Made by a program: the position numbers and the translations under genes
Shown: piece after piece, positions 12,001-23,200 of the stretch
Position numbering within the stretch: the first letter of the stretch is position 1
How the letters are laid out: the number at the start of each line of letters is the position of its first letter
Notes under the pieces: model-generated
Told to the model about the DNA's origin: nothing
Database searches by the model: none
Seen by the model: only the letters and a program-made list of their open reading frames with translations
From: Klebsormidium nitens
Lineage: Eukaryota > Plantae > Klebsormidiophyceae
Assembly (NCBI GenBank): GCA_000708835.1
Contig: DF237069.1
Span: 62,001-126,000 of the forward strand
Length of the DNA: 64,000 nucleotides
Direction of reading: 5' to 3'

Positions 12001-14790
12001 TTACGCGGACGGCATCGTGGTCCCCCCCGCGGCCGCGGAGACGAGCGGCGGCGGGCCGGTCAAGGCGGCCGCGCTCTTCCTGGCCAGTAATGGTGGTGAG
12101 ACAATTAGCGTCACTTTGCCCGTAGATGGCGACTTGTGCTCATTGCGATTGGGATGGCGACTTGTGTTCATTGCAATTGGAAAGCTCTGTCGGGTGAAAC
12201 CAAGGTAGCTTTGGAGGAGGCGATTGAAGGTGCATCCGGCTTTTGTTATCCGCCTGAAGGGTTGGAGAGATTTGCCAAAAGCTTCTGACCCCGTGATTCG
12301 GGATAAGATTAGGCCAATGAGTTGAGTGCTAATAAGGTCGGACTTGAACATTACGACTTTCCGAAGTCTCTGTCCCGAGACCTGAAGACGAGGTTGGCAG
12401 AAACTTTACAAAAGCTCGGCTACAACAAGCAGATTTTTGGAGCAATCATCTTATCCAGTTCGCTGGTACTAGAATGCCCGTCTGAGCGTGCTCTTGTATC
12501 AAGCGCTTGCTTCTTCGACTTTCTAGTCTCGTATTTAGAAATGAGTCTCTTCGAACGAACGAATGGCAAAAGTCTTGCCAAGGGAACGTTTTTCGGTCAT
12601 GCAATGAAAGCGGTGGGAGCCTCTCCACTCCTAATCCATTTAGCTACACCGTTTACTCACACCAGAAACAGCCCTTTTTATAGCGCTATATTAACCAGTG
12701 CACCTTCCTTTCGTTTCATCAAGAAGTGCCTTTAATAAACCGACCTCAAGCGGAACGCCCTCCAGGTTGCTTTTCGACGATTCCAGTCTGAGCCAACCAC
12801 TCTTTTGTGCTCTTTCGTTGCAGCTTCCTTCTCAGCCGGCCCGGGCACCGTCATCTTCACCAGCCTGGCCGCCCCCCCGACCAACACCGAGTACATGGTG
12901 GACGTCTACCGGGCAACCGGGTGCAACCTGTGGACTCTCTTCCCGGGTGACTCGGTTGGGGTCCCCGACTACACGGCCTGCGCCTGGACGGCCGTCGCGG
13001 CAAACGTCAGCGTCGCTTACGACAGCACCGCCAAAATCGGCATCGCTGCGATCGCCGTGTGGAACGCCGTCTTCGTACTGCGCACCCAGAGTCTTCCCCC
13101 GCCCACCCAGAACTGGGCGATCGCCGACACGAACCCCGCCCAGTCCCAAGACACGCTCAGCCTAGTTGTTCCGGGCAGAGCCGCCGCTTCCGCTTCCGTC
13201 GTGGGCGTTTCCATCGTTGACGCCCCGGCCACTGACCCGATCACCGGAGTGATCGTGTATTACACCGGGGCCACTCAACCTGTCACTGCGTGGTCAGCTG
13301 ACGTCACCCCGGCCGCGGCCGCGGCCGTTTACTTCACCCAAGCCGCGGGCGCGTTCTACCCGTTCACGGGCTCGGTTGTGTTCCAAGCCCTCCCCGCCCC
13401 GGCCTCGGGCACGGCTTACGTCATCGACGTGTACCAGGCTGACGGGTGCACTCTGCCCGCGCCGCCCCTGCCAACCGACTCCCTCTCCGGTTGCTCCTGG
13501 ACGTTCGTTTCTCAGAAAAACCCGGTGGATTTCAGCCCGGGGGCGCGGACCGGGACGTATAGCCCGGCGCAGTCCGAGTGGAACGGCGTCTTCGTTCTCT
13601 ACACGGTAGACGAGTCTGGCGTGCCAACCCCCGCCCCGTCTGTCCCGGTCACTTCAGGCATAACCGGGTACGACCCAAAGCTAACCAGCTTCGTTTCGGC
13701 GGCTGTGGACACCACCTGGAGCTACGGCTTCGCGGCGACCGGAACGGACCTCATCACCGTTACAAGCGTCTCTTACGGGGACCACGTCCCGGTCGCCTTC
13801 AACAACCTGCCCTCCTCTCCGGTCGTGGGCGCGGTCGGTTTATACCTCGCCCAGGGCACAAGCGCATATACCCCTCCGTCTGGGACCGTTTCCTTCAACA
13901 ACGTCTCACCGCTGACGCCGAAACGGCGGGCCCTGCTTGTCGTTTTCGCAAACCAGCTGCAATACACGGTGGACTTTTACGCAGCGACCGGCTGCACCCC
14001 GGCCATGCCCCCGGTGAACGCCACCGCCTTCTTCGGCTGCTCGTGGACCGTATTCCGGAACCTGGCAGTCACATACGATGCCGCCCGGGGAAAGGTCACC
14101 TTTGCCCCGGCCACCTCGGCGCAGTGGAACGGACTCTACCTGTTGCATGTCATCCCAGTGGCGGATGCTCCCCCCCCTCAACAAACTAAAACCCCGACAC
14201 CCACCCCGACTGCAACTCCGGCCCCGACCGATCCCCCGAGCACTGGTTCGCCCCCTCCTGGGGTAGCGATCGGAGGCGCGGACAACGCCACGACGCTCGG
14301 CATGGGGCTTGCCATCGGCGTCGGCGGCGCCATGTTCGTTGCGGCCGCGCTCGCGTACGTCATCAAGGTGCGCGCGGAGGCGGCCGAGGCGGCCCCGGGC
14401 GGCTCGCCGCCCCTAGTTGCTCCCGCTGATGACTCGTCCCAAGGGCCCCTTGAGGCGGACGCACCCTTCGAGTTCCCGGCGCCCGAGCAGGCTCCGTTGG
14501 AACGGGGCGAGAGCTCTGCGGCCGCTTACGAGGCGGGGCCTGAAGGAGAGACGGAGTATGTGGCCGAGGAAGAAGACGCTGGGGGGGTATACCAAACAGG
14601 CGATGATGGCCCCCTGGAAGGATTGAACACTCACCCGATATCACCAAAGAGAGAAGCCACCCTCTCTTCAGCAGCTCAGGAACGGTATTCCGAGGACTTT
14701 TCGGATGGGGCCCTGCAACAGGACGTCCCGCTGGATGACTCGACCCTCCGCCGCCGTTCTAAGACGATGGGGTTCCCCTTCGATGATTGA
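1..14790 (+). CDS. Giant type-I membrane/cell-surface protein (5' end outside window, about 3000 aa within it): at least 11 filamin/Ig-like repeats, REJ/PKD-like region, three ~175-aa Cys/Trp repeats, one TM helix and an acidic cytoplasmic tail
   Basis: 14 exons joined by GT-AG introns with matching phases: <2-845, 1193-1465, 2183-2451, 2908-5048, 5429-5636, 6025-6322, 6640/6643-7217, 7751-8260, 8607-8951, 9218-9628, 9999-10255, 10779-11139, 11428-12095, 12824-14790. Recurrent filamin-like motifs PRDANSN, PKDFFGN, AYDALGN, LLDQFSN, ARDGYGN, ARDDAGN. REJ-like YTFTVTATNFLG, YTWQQL, FQYEWSC. TM segment TLGMGLAIGVGGAMFVAAALAYVIK at ~14293-14370. One apparent 1-nt frameshift at ~11646. Confidence 0.85.
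12125..12180. repeat. Intronic 28-bp tandem duplication with 2 mismatches
   Basis: gatggcgacttgtg(c/t)tcattgc(g/a)attgg occurs twice. Confidence 0.9.
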
Positions 14791-15889
14791 CGTTTCTGCA
14801 AATAGTGAGATGAGCACACAAAAAGCCCGGTAGATTTCTAGAAAGGAAAGTGGGCGGCGGGATAACTCGGTTGAAATAGGCTAACAGGCTAAGGAAGGTA
14901 GGCTTCTCGTTATAGAACGGCTTGGTGAAGAACTCCCTTGCAGAAGGATTTTGAGTATATTAGCATCGTTGCTGACCGGTGAACCCGCTTGAGGGTTTTC
15001 CTTCTCTGCTCACTTGACATACTGACGTTTTAGATAAGCGAGATCGACACGACCACAAGTCGTCAGGGTGTTGCGCTTTGGTTTTTCAAGACTGCTTTTC
15101 ACGCGATTTAAGGCCGGCAACTTGGTAGATTGGCGTTATGTACAATTGAAGGCACGAGAGCCTGAGTTCAATTTAGGATGAACAAGAGTGCCATGTAGTC
15201 AAATCAGCATTAACTTATACACCTCCAATTCTGCAGCGAGCCTTATAGTCATAGCTGCACGGATCTGCATGCATTTGTGCGTCAAATTGTTGATTCAATA
15301 TAATCGTTTTATGTTATTGTCGGACATTTGTAAGTTGAAGGCAGTAAACTCAATTACCTCCAGACCACCTCGACATCATCGGCTCAGCATGTATGTTTTT
15401 AAGCATAAGTGATCGCACGATTTGTATGCAATCAGCTTAACATGCCAGGCTCTCGGACCATATCAGATGTCGTAACATGACATGATATATCTATGTTTGA
15501 GAGCATCCGCAAATCGCAAGGGACGGCCGCGCGCCGCCATCGCCGGCGCGGCGCAGCTGTAGCTGAGCTGCTCTAACTAGGCCCGGTCGCGGGTGGGCCA
15601 AGGCCCCCGAGGAGACAGGTGTCTAGCTCCGATTCCTCGCAGTAAATTGGATTGATGTAACTATTTTACCGCGTTCCATCGATTGATCTCGACTATTACT
15701 ATAAAACCTTGACTAAATCATGTCAAGTGTGCCGCTGACCAAACCAAGGCCACCACCAGTGCCGCACAATTGCGTGCGGCGGCCTTCCGTTGTCGCACCA
15801 GCTGTTTGGACTCTGACAAAGAGGCGGTATATTGCCAAGGTAGCCAAGCGTCTCTGAAGGGATACAGGACTACGACCTTCTAAGAGGGC

Positions 15890-18800
15890 TCACGAGCCTG
15901 CTGCCCTTGCCCTCGCCTTGTCGGTTAGGTTTATCAACAATCTACCCTCACCCTCGGGATGCTTTTCCACCCTCGTCCCGTACTCTTCGCTCAGCTTGGC
16001 CAACGCCCGGGCGAGCCACTCCCGGTCGTCCTCGTCCACGGCACGGGTCACCCCCAGGTTTCTGATCTTGGTGGGCACCAGCTCCACGTGGTGCCACGTG
16101 GCAGCGTCCGGATCCCAGTGCAGGACGTACGCGAAGCTGAGGTTGCTGCGGAAGCTCTCGTCGACGGCGTAATCGTCCACGAAGTCGCCGCAGCCGTACA
16201 AAACTACTGCGCCGCCGTAGTGTTCGATCCCCTGGCAACAAAAGAGAAGCAGCTCGTTTTCGGAATGACAACTACTGGAAGGAGAACGCGGAGTACCGTC
16301 GAATCAACCGTCGATTCCACCGGGTTATAGCCAAGGGGGCTCGCAAGGGTGGTCGGAAGTCTATGTTCTCCCTGCGTCCGTTCTGGCAGCTTTCGTAGTT
16401 TTGGGGTTTGCCCAACTAGACCGTATGAGTTCCAACAAAAGCAAGGGGAGAAGCATGCATTGTTGCGAACTCAGATCTAAGTCCACTCCATCCCTCAATG
16501 ACTTTAGTCTGCGTTAAAAGAAAACCAAGGGCAAGGGAGGCGAGCTTCTTGCGTGCAAACTAATGGACTGGGCTGCAATCTGAAAACGAAAATATCAGCT
16601 TCGTGCTGCGGCGCTCTCGTTACCTGGATGTGGTGGGCTGACGTTCCGTGGACGAGATTCACCCCACACGTGTCCACCAAGTCGTGCGCCAGCTGGCGGA
16701 TCCCAGGGCTGCGGTGCGCAGAAGGGCAGCATCAAATGGTGCCCGTTTTCAGTTCAATCTAGTTGCCATGGACAAGCATGTCGCAGTTTTTGTTGAAAGC
16801 GCGCTTGGCGCTCATTTTTCTTGTGGGCAATAAGAACGGGATGGAATTTAAGATCGAGAGCATGATAGAGAGCCATTTAGAGCGAAACCAGAGGGAAGGC
16901 GCATATAGCCCTTCGGTCGCTTCGCACAAACGGCCAGAACTTGTGGAAAGCCAACGTGGAATCGAATCGAGCTTCCTTGACCCCCCTACAGTCCAGGACC
17001 CTTGGAGTGCGGCAGATGACGTTATCAATGATCACGGGCTTTGTACGCCATGTCCGCTAACCGGACTCAGGGGCCAGTATCTTGAGTGTCACGATTCACA
17101 CTGTCTGCAGCGGAACAGCGGCCGGGCTCAACGACGTGGATCTTCGTGCACGCAGAGGGTCCTCGACTGTAGAAGCTCAATTCGAGTCCCCGTTCCCCTT
17201 CCACGATTTCAGCAGGAATATTCGTGCTCTCGGCTTTGATGATCGGTCTACGACTCGAAAAGAAGGTGGTTCGGCAATAAAACGATTTGACATCAACAGC
17301 TGAAGCAGTCATTGGCGAGCCCCTGGAAATGCAGTCCCTACCTCACCGACCGACTCTCCGTTTGCATACGAGCCTGGCGTTGCCTGCCCACCTGGGCTTC
17401 CAGCCCCAGTTGGGGCCCCAGTGGATGCTCACAAACACCATGTCCGCCCCGCCCTCCTCTCGCGCCCGCACAGTCTGCCGACAAATGAAGTCGAGCGGCG
17501 CGCCGCGGTGCCGCCCCGGGTCGACGAGCCAGATGCCCGGGCGGTCGGGCCCCGCTGCCCAGTAGTCGAAGTGGTCGGAGAGGGAGAAGCAGGCAACGCG
17601 CTTGTCACTGAGCTGCGCAGGACGGAGGGCGGGGAGAAACCGGGGAGAAAACTTCAGGAGGAATGGGCGGAACATTGAGGGTGCTTCACTGACTTGGGAG
17701 TGTGCCTGAGAAAAGAAGATGTGTTGAAGCTCGTCCGCAGGGCGCTAGAGCAGATACATATGGCACAGAAGGTGGAGTGCAACAGACACGTACAGTTGAC
17801 AAAGGCTAGCGAACTACCACTCGAGCATTTCCTCGGCCAAGTCTTTCATAAATGTGCACGAGAATACGAACAAAGATTTGGGGGGACTTATGCACGTACC
17901 TGAAGCATGGCAGGGCGGGCCGCATCTTCGAGGTTGTCCCCCGCCCCCGCCCAGCGGATGCCTGCCGCATCCAGCGTGCGCTGCGTTTCGTGCATCCCGG
18001 CCTCCTTGAAGTCCAGGATGTGGTTGTTGGCCAAGGACAAGAAGTCGATCCTGCAAGAGAGACTTTGCAGACGGTCAGAGAGGCCTCGCAACCAATCCGA
18101 ACCTGCAAGACGGAGTACATGTCTGAAAGATGTGCTGGGTTACGGGTATGAAGGTGGATTTCAGAAGGGTCTCGATTGCACAATCAATTGACCGCAAGGC
18201 GGCGACCGACCCGGGACTGGCTGCAAATGCAGCAAAACGACCGCTGTCAATGTTGCACAAGGGACATGCTTCGCTGAGGTTGATCGCAGAAGCGAGCAGG
18301 TTGATTGGTCTGACTCGAAAAGCTTCCTAAATATAGACGGGAGGAAACCCCTTCCGAAGTAGTGAGGTTTCTAGAACGACAATTGTTCGGGAGTAGGCCT
18401 TGAAACGGACCATCCGACAATGATTTCGGTGCCCCTTCACAACCCGCCAGTGAGTCGAAGTGGCGGCAGCATACGGCCTCACCTGGCCTCCTGCAGGGCT
18501 CGCACGTTGTCTGGATGGGCCCGGAAGTTGAACGCCTGGCGGGGCCACTTCTCTGGGTGGTCAGTGAGGGACGTTTCCAGATTGGCCAGCCGCAGGTCAG
18601 CATCATGGAACAGCGGCAGAGTGTCGCCCCACACGTAGCGGTAGGGGCCCAGGGAGTGGTACTGGTTGAGGGACTGAGGATCTCGCGTCAACTGCAGGGG
18701 GCGAATTGTGTGTGACGTGAGAGCCGCAAGAGCAACGGTGCCTACGTACGTTCGGTTTTGAAGCAGACGTAGAGTGACAACGAACCAGAGGACCTTCAAG

Positions 18801-19738
18801 ATTTTCGCGTTGCATCAAAAGCTTGTTGAAAGCACAATTTTCTATATTTGCTTCTTTCTGGTCTGAAACGTTTTTGCGTCATGAACCTTCAAAACCTTTT
18901 GCCCAACTACAAGTTCCTCTTGCAACGGAACTCATCACAGCACGAATCTATTTGAGGAGCTATTTGAATGCAGCGTGATTGTTTCATCTGAATGCAAGAA
19001 TGGAAACTAGAGAACAGACCCGATCAAGTGGCATAACAACGTCAAGCTCTTCACGTAGAAGGGGGATTGCAGCGCAAAAAAAGTGATGTGGGGTTCAACA
19101 AGCTCCAAATGTAACTTCTTAAGATTGCCATGTAAGCCTTGTTCAGTGGAGACGGAAGCAATCTCCAGAATGCTGACTTCATTCCTGCCTAGCCCCAGCG
19201 CTTATTCCCCTGCTTCACCACAATTAGCTGAAACTCAGGAACCAGAACCTCCCCCGTCAAACTTCTCCAAAAAGGGCCAGCTCACCAGCGTCTGAGCATG
19301 GAGCCTGTTCTCAGGCTCCTCATTGTGCGTTGGAAAGATCTGATCGACGAGCCGCCCCAGCATGACATCTCCCACGACCAGGACTTTCAGCAGCTCCGAC
19401 GCCCCACTGCCACCACCTGGCGGTTCTTCCGCTTTAGTGGCAGTCCCGCTCATCGTCTCTATTGAGTGCGCCTCTCTGCTGTCAAAGTCTGTGGGAGAAT
19501 TATGCTCAGCTTCTGCTGGTGAAAGGAGGCGCCTACTGCCGGCTGCAATTGCGAGAAGCAGGGACCTTTTGGAGAGGTTTGTGTTGGTGCACAGTGACTC
19601 TGCCTTACGCCTCAAGCTTGAGCTGCAGACAGAAGTTCTAGCTCCGCAGCGCAATCGCTTGGAAAGGCATCTTGCCAGAAGGGCAGCATGCAGCAATGCA
19701 ATCAGCTGCCTCGCAGTGCATCTTTTGAACCGGGTCAT
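15890..19738 (-). CDS. capA-like: CapA/PgsA (poly-gamma-glutamate synthesis protein, PGA_cap) family metallophosphatase
   Basis: 6 in-phase exons: 19738 (or 19453)-19286, 18691-18483, 18051-17900, 17612-17392, 16708-16624, 16231-15890. Family motifs VGDVMLGR, ANLETSLT, FNFRAHP, LANNHILDF, SIHWGPNW, HGTSAHHIQG, YGCGDFVDDY. Confidence 0.92.
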
Positions 19739-20212
19739 AAACGGCCTCGCTGCTGAAAGTGTGCCATTTTAGCTCCAGCTTGCGTGCGCAGCGGGGCGCT
19801 GCCATCTCGAGCCAGCGAACACATGCTGTTTCGAGGGCCCCATGTCCTCAAATGCTTTGCTGTTGGACATCCTCAAAGAACATCTGTGCCGCAGCTCAAA
19901 TTCAAGGGGCCAAGCAATGCGGGTTGCATGAGCATGCAAGTTTGCAGATTGTAGGGGCAAGGAACGAGGGTTATCAGACCCCGAACCCCCATTTTGTAAG
20001 GTCTAAACCTGCCTAAACCAACAACCTGGACGTTTCTAACCCCAATTTTCTGCTGGACCAATTCCGGGATCCCCCACATCGAAGCATGGGTTTTAGAAAT
20101 CACTGCTTTAGAAAACTGGCAGTGGCATGCCCATTGCAGGCGCCTGGGGCTGCAACTGTGGCTGATGCCATGACGTGGAGCTGTTGTCAGACTTTTGCAA
20201 GGAGTACACACG

Positions 20213-23200
20213 ATGGCGCAGGGGCCCTCGGAGGGGTTGGACGGTCACCTTGGACAACTCAGAGACAGGCTTGCGGCAATCTACACGCAATTGCCCGCAG
20301 CGCTGGTGAGACTGAGCACAGTTCATCTGACGCGTCTGCAGTCTGTGTAGCCATGTCAACACCCTGGATTGCACTGCAAATGAGCGCTAGTGGCATTGTT
20401 TGTTCATTCATGTGCCCAACTAGGAGTACTAGATGCATCATTGAAGCCTGCCCTTGGCCCACTTTGCTACAGCATTGTGACGTGCCCTGTTCCGGTCATT
20501 GTATCCGAGTGGCCATGATGTGACACTCACTGTTGGTGCACAATTGCAAATTGCTGGTGACATTTTCAGTTCAGTATGCTCACACTTCAGTCCACCAGGC
20601 TTCATCTTAACCTTCTAAGGAGATTGATGCTCTGCGTCGCTGCTTCAAGTACCCTGCTTTTGGAGACTCTGGCTACTGCATCACATCTGGAAGAAGCAAT
20701 GGAGCGATCAATTGCTTTCTGCCTCTGATGCCCTGTCTCCTTGGTCCGCTGCCAGGTGACAGCCCTCGCCGCCGCACTTTCCGACCCCCCTCGGTTGATC
20801 GACCCCGACGCTCCAGAAGACACACTTCAGGAGTGCGCCACCAGTCTCCTCTCTGATCTGATCTCCACGTACATCGCTGGAGACGATCTCGCCTTTGGAT
20901 CCGACCAAAGTGGCGGTTTCCCAGCCCTCTCAGAAGTCTCGTTTGCCCTCTGCAACGTGGTGTCAAACCCAGCTTTGGGCAAGAGGAATTCGGAAGAAGC
21001 TAAAAGTGATGGCTTTGATGCGGGGAACGCCAGCCTGTTCCCACCGGCCCCACCGCAGGGCAAGAGCAAAACGCTGCCCCCTTGGTGTGTGGGGTATCTG
21101 CACGGGAAGCCTAGCCAGCACGAGGCGCGCTTGGCGGACGAGATCAAGGGCGGGGCGCGCAAGCTGGGGCAGAACCAGGGGAGAATTGCTGTGAGCAGGG
21201 ATGTGGACTTTGGGATCCAAAGGGCGGCGCCGCAGACGAGCCCTGAACAAAACGACTATGGTGAGATTCTCAGCGACTCAACAATATTCAGGGCCTTGAA
21301 AGTGGAACTGTACCTCATTGGACATATCACCAGAGGGCGTTTTTTGGTTTTCCACGAGTCCCTCAGCTTCGAACTAGGGGGAGTCCCTTATGTGTCCGGT
21401 CGGGTCAGCCGATTGCAAGATAGAAGGATTGTCAGAGAATGAAAGTATGATTGCTGAAGATCAGACCTTGCTCCTCCGCGCATCCCGCTCATGGTAAAAT
21501 TCACCTCCTCTCAGGGCTCCCAATCGCCCCCAACGTGCCCCGCTACTTCCGCACGGTGCTCATTTCGAACCAGGGCTCCAGTGAGGTCATCCTTTTCGAC
21601 ATTCGTGCCCTGCCCGAGATGAAGGACAAGCTGCGGCTCCACGACGACTTTGACCTGGCGGGAAACAACTCGGAGAAGTCTGCCAAGGACGGAAAGCTCG
21701 AGAAAGGCATGGGAGTGAGCTTGGCACCAGGGGCGGAGTACCAAGTGGCCGTGGTGAGTCTCAATTGCAAGGCGTATATCACACTCTTGAATTGGCCGTA
21801 CAAGATGTTGGTGGGGGTTTGGCATGGTAGCGTTGGTCTTTCGTTACGCCATGGGTCCGCAGTCCCTCCTTTTGGTTGCTTCAACAGAAGCACAGACTAA
21901 TGATTTATGCAGGGTGCTCTTAGAGAAACTTTACGACTCCTGTGACTAGCTTTTGACGGGTAGGCAGTCGCAGTGGAGTCTCTGAATGTCAGAATTGTAT
22001 ATCTTGGAAGTATCTTTCTTCGACAACACCTCTCATCAGACTTTGTTCCACTCGATGGACCAGCTTTTTGATGAGTAGGCGTCTAAGCATTCTCTGTGAC
22101 AACTGAATTTTAAAAAAGATCTTTCTAGGATCGTCTTCATGCCGACAACACCTCTCATCAGACCTCCTTGCATGTCGAGTGCTCGAGTCCTCTTGGGCTG
22201 TTCATTTCCGTAACCAATCTCCTTCCCCCACCTTTTATATATTGCGTCCACGACAGACTTCTAAGATAAGGGCATTCAAGAACTCAGCTGATTCTCAAAT
22301 AGAGTGCCTAGAAACTGATTCTCTCCAGTGCCTCTCGCCCGCTCGCCTCCAGGAGCTGCGGTGCATCCCCCAGGACGCCGCGCACCTGCAGCAGTGGCTG
22401 CTCCTCTCTTTCGTCCCCGCCTCAATCGCCAGCGCAGCCCTCGAACCCGCAAAGCACGTCTTTGTCATTGGCCGCCGTATCTCCGCCGTCATCGCCAAAA
22501 GCCTGGCCGACATCCAGACCCTTCTAAGCGTGGAAGCAATCCCGTTCTTCCCTGCTTCCCTCCGCACGTTGTTCGATACCCCCCCCACCACGTTCCTCGT
22601 CGGGCAAAAGCCCGCGCTGCTGGCCTCGACGCGCCTCTTCAACCTCTTAGCGACGATGTCCCCTCCCCCCGCCTATAAGCAGTCAGGCGCGCTCTCATAC
22701 GAACCGGAGAGCCTGTTCGCACCGGGGCCCACGCAGGACGTGGCACTCTGGCAGCCGCTGAGTGCGAAGACCTCCGGAGAAGACTCGAAAACGAGGTCGA
22801 AGGGGGATAAGAGCACAATTCGCGAGAACGGCATATTTCCATCTGGGCAAACTCCCCCGGGTTTCCCCACAGGTGCCGTAGGCGACGCTTCCAATCAACC
22901 CGTGACGCCCTTCTCCATGCCCACTAACCCCGCCTTTAACCAGCAACCTAACCCTTTCTTTGGAAGTTTTCCGGCCCCCGATTTCGGCCAGTTACCTAAC
23001 CAGCAACCCGCCCCCTTCATGAACCAGCCGATGAACTTTCTTGCCAACCCGCCTCAGCCCCTTAACCCCCAACAAAACCAGTTCTTCAACCCGTTTTTCC
23101 ACCAGCCAAATCCCCCTCCAAACACCGCCGTTCACCAACCCTTCATCCCCCCTCTTAACCAGGCCTTTGGGCCCCAGTTCCCCTCGCAGATGACCGCCGC

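Noticed and set aside
15520-15630. GC-rich stretch with a ggccc...gggcc hairpin next to CTAG, a possible Helitron end
   Set aside because: The stem is only 5-6 bp, with no matching 5' end or Rep/helicase sequence in the window.
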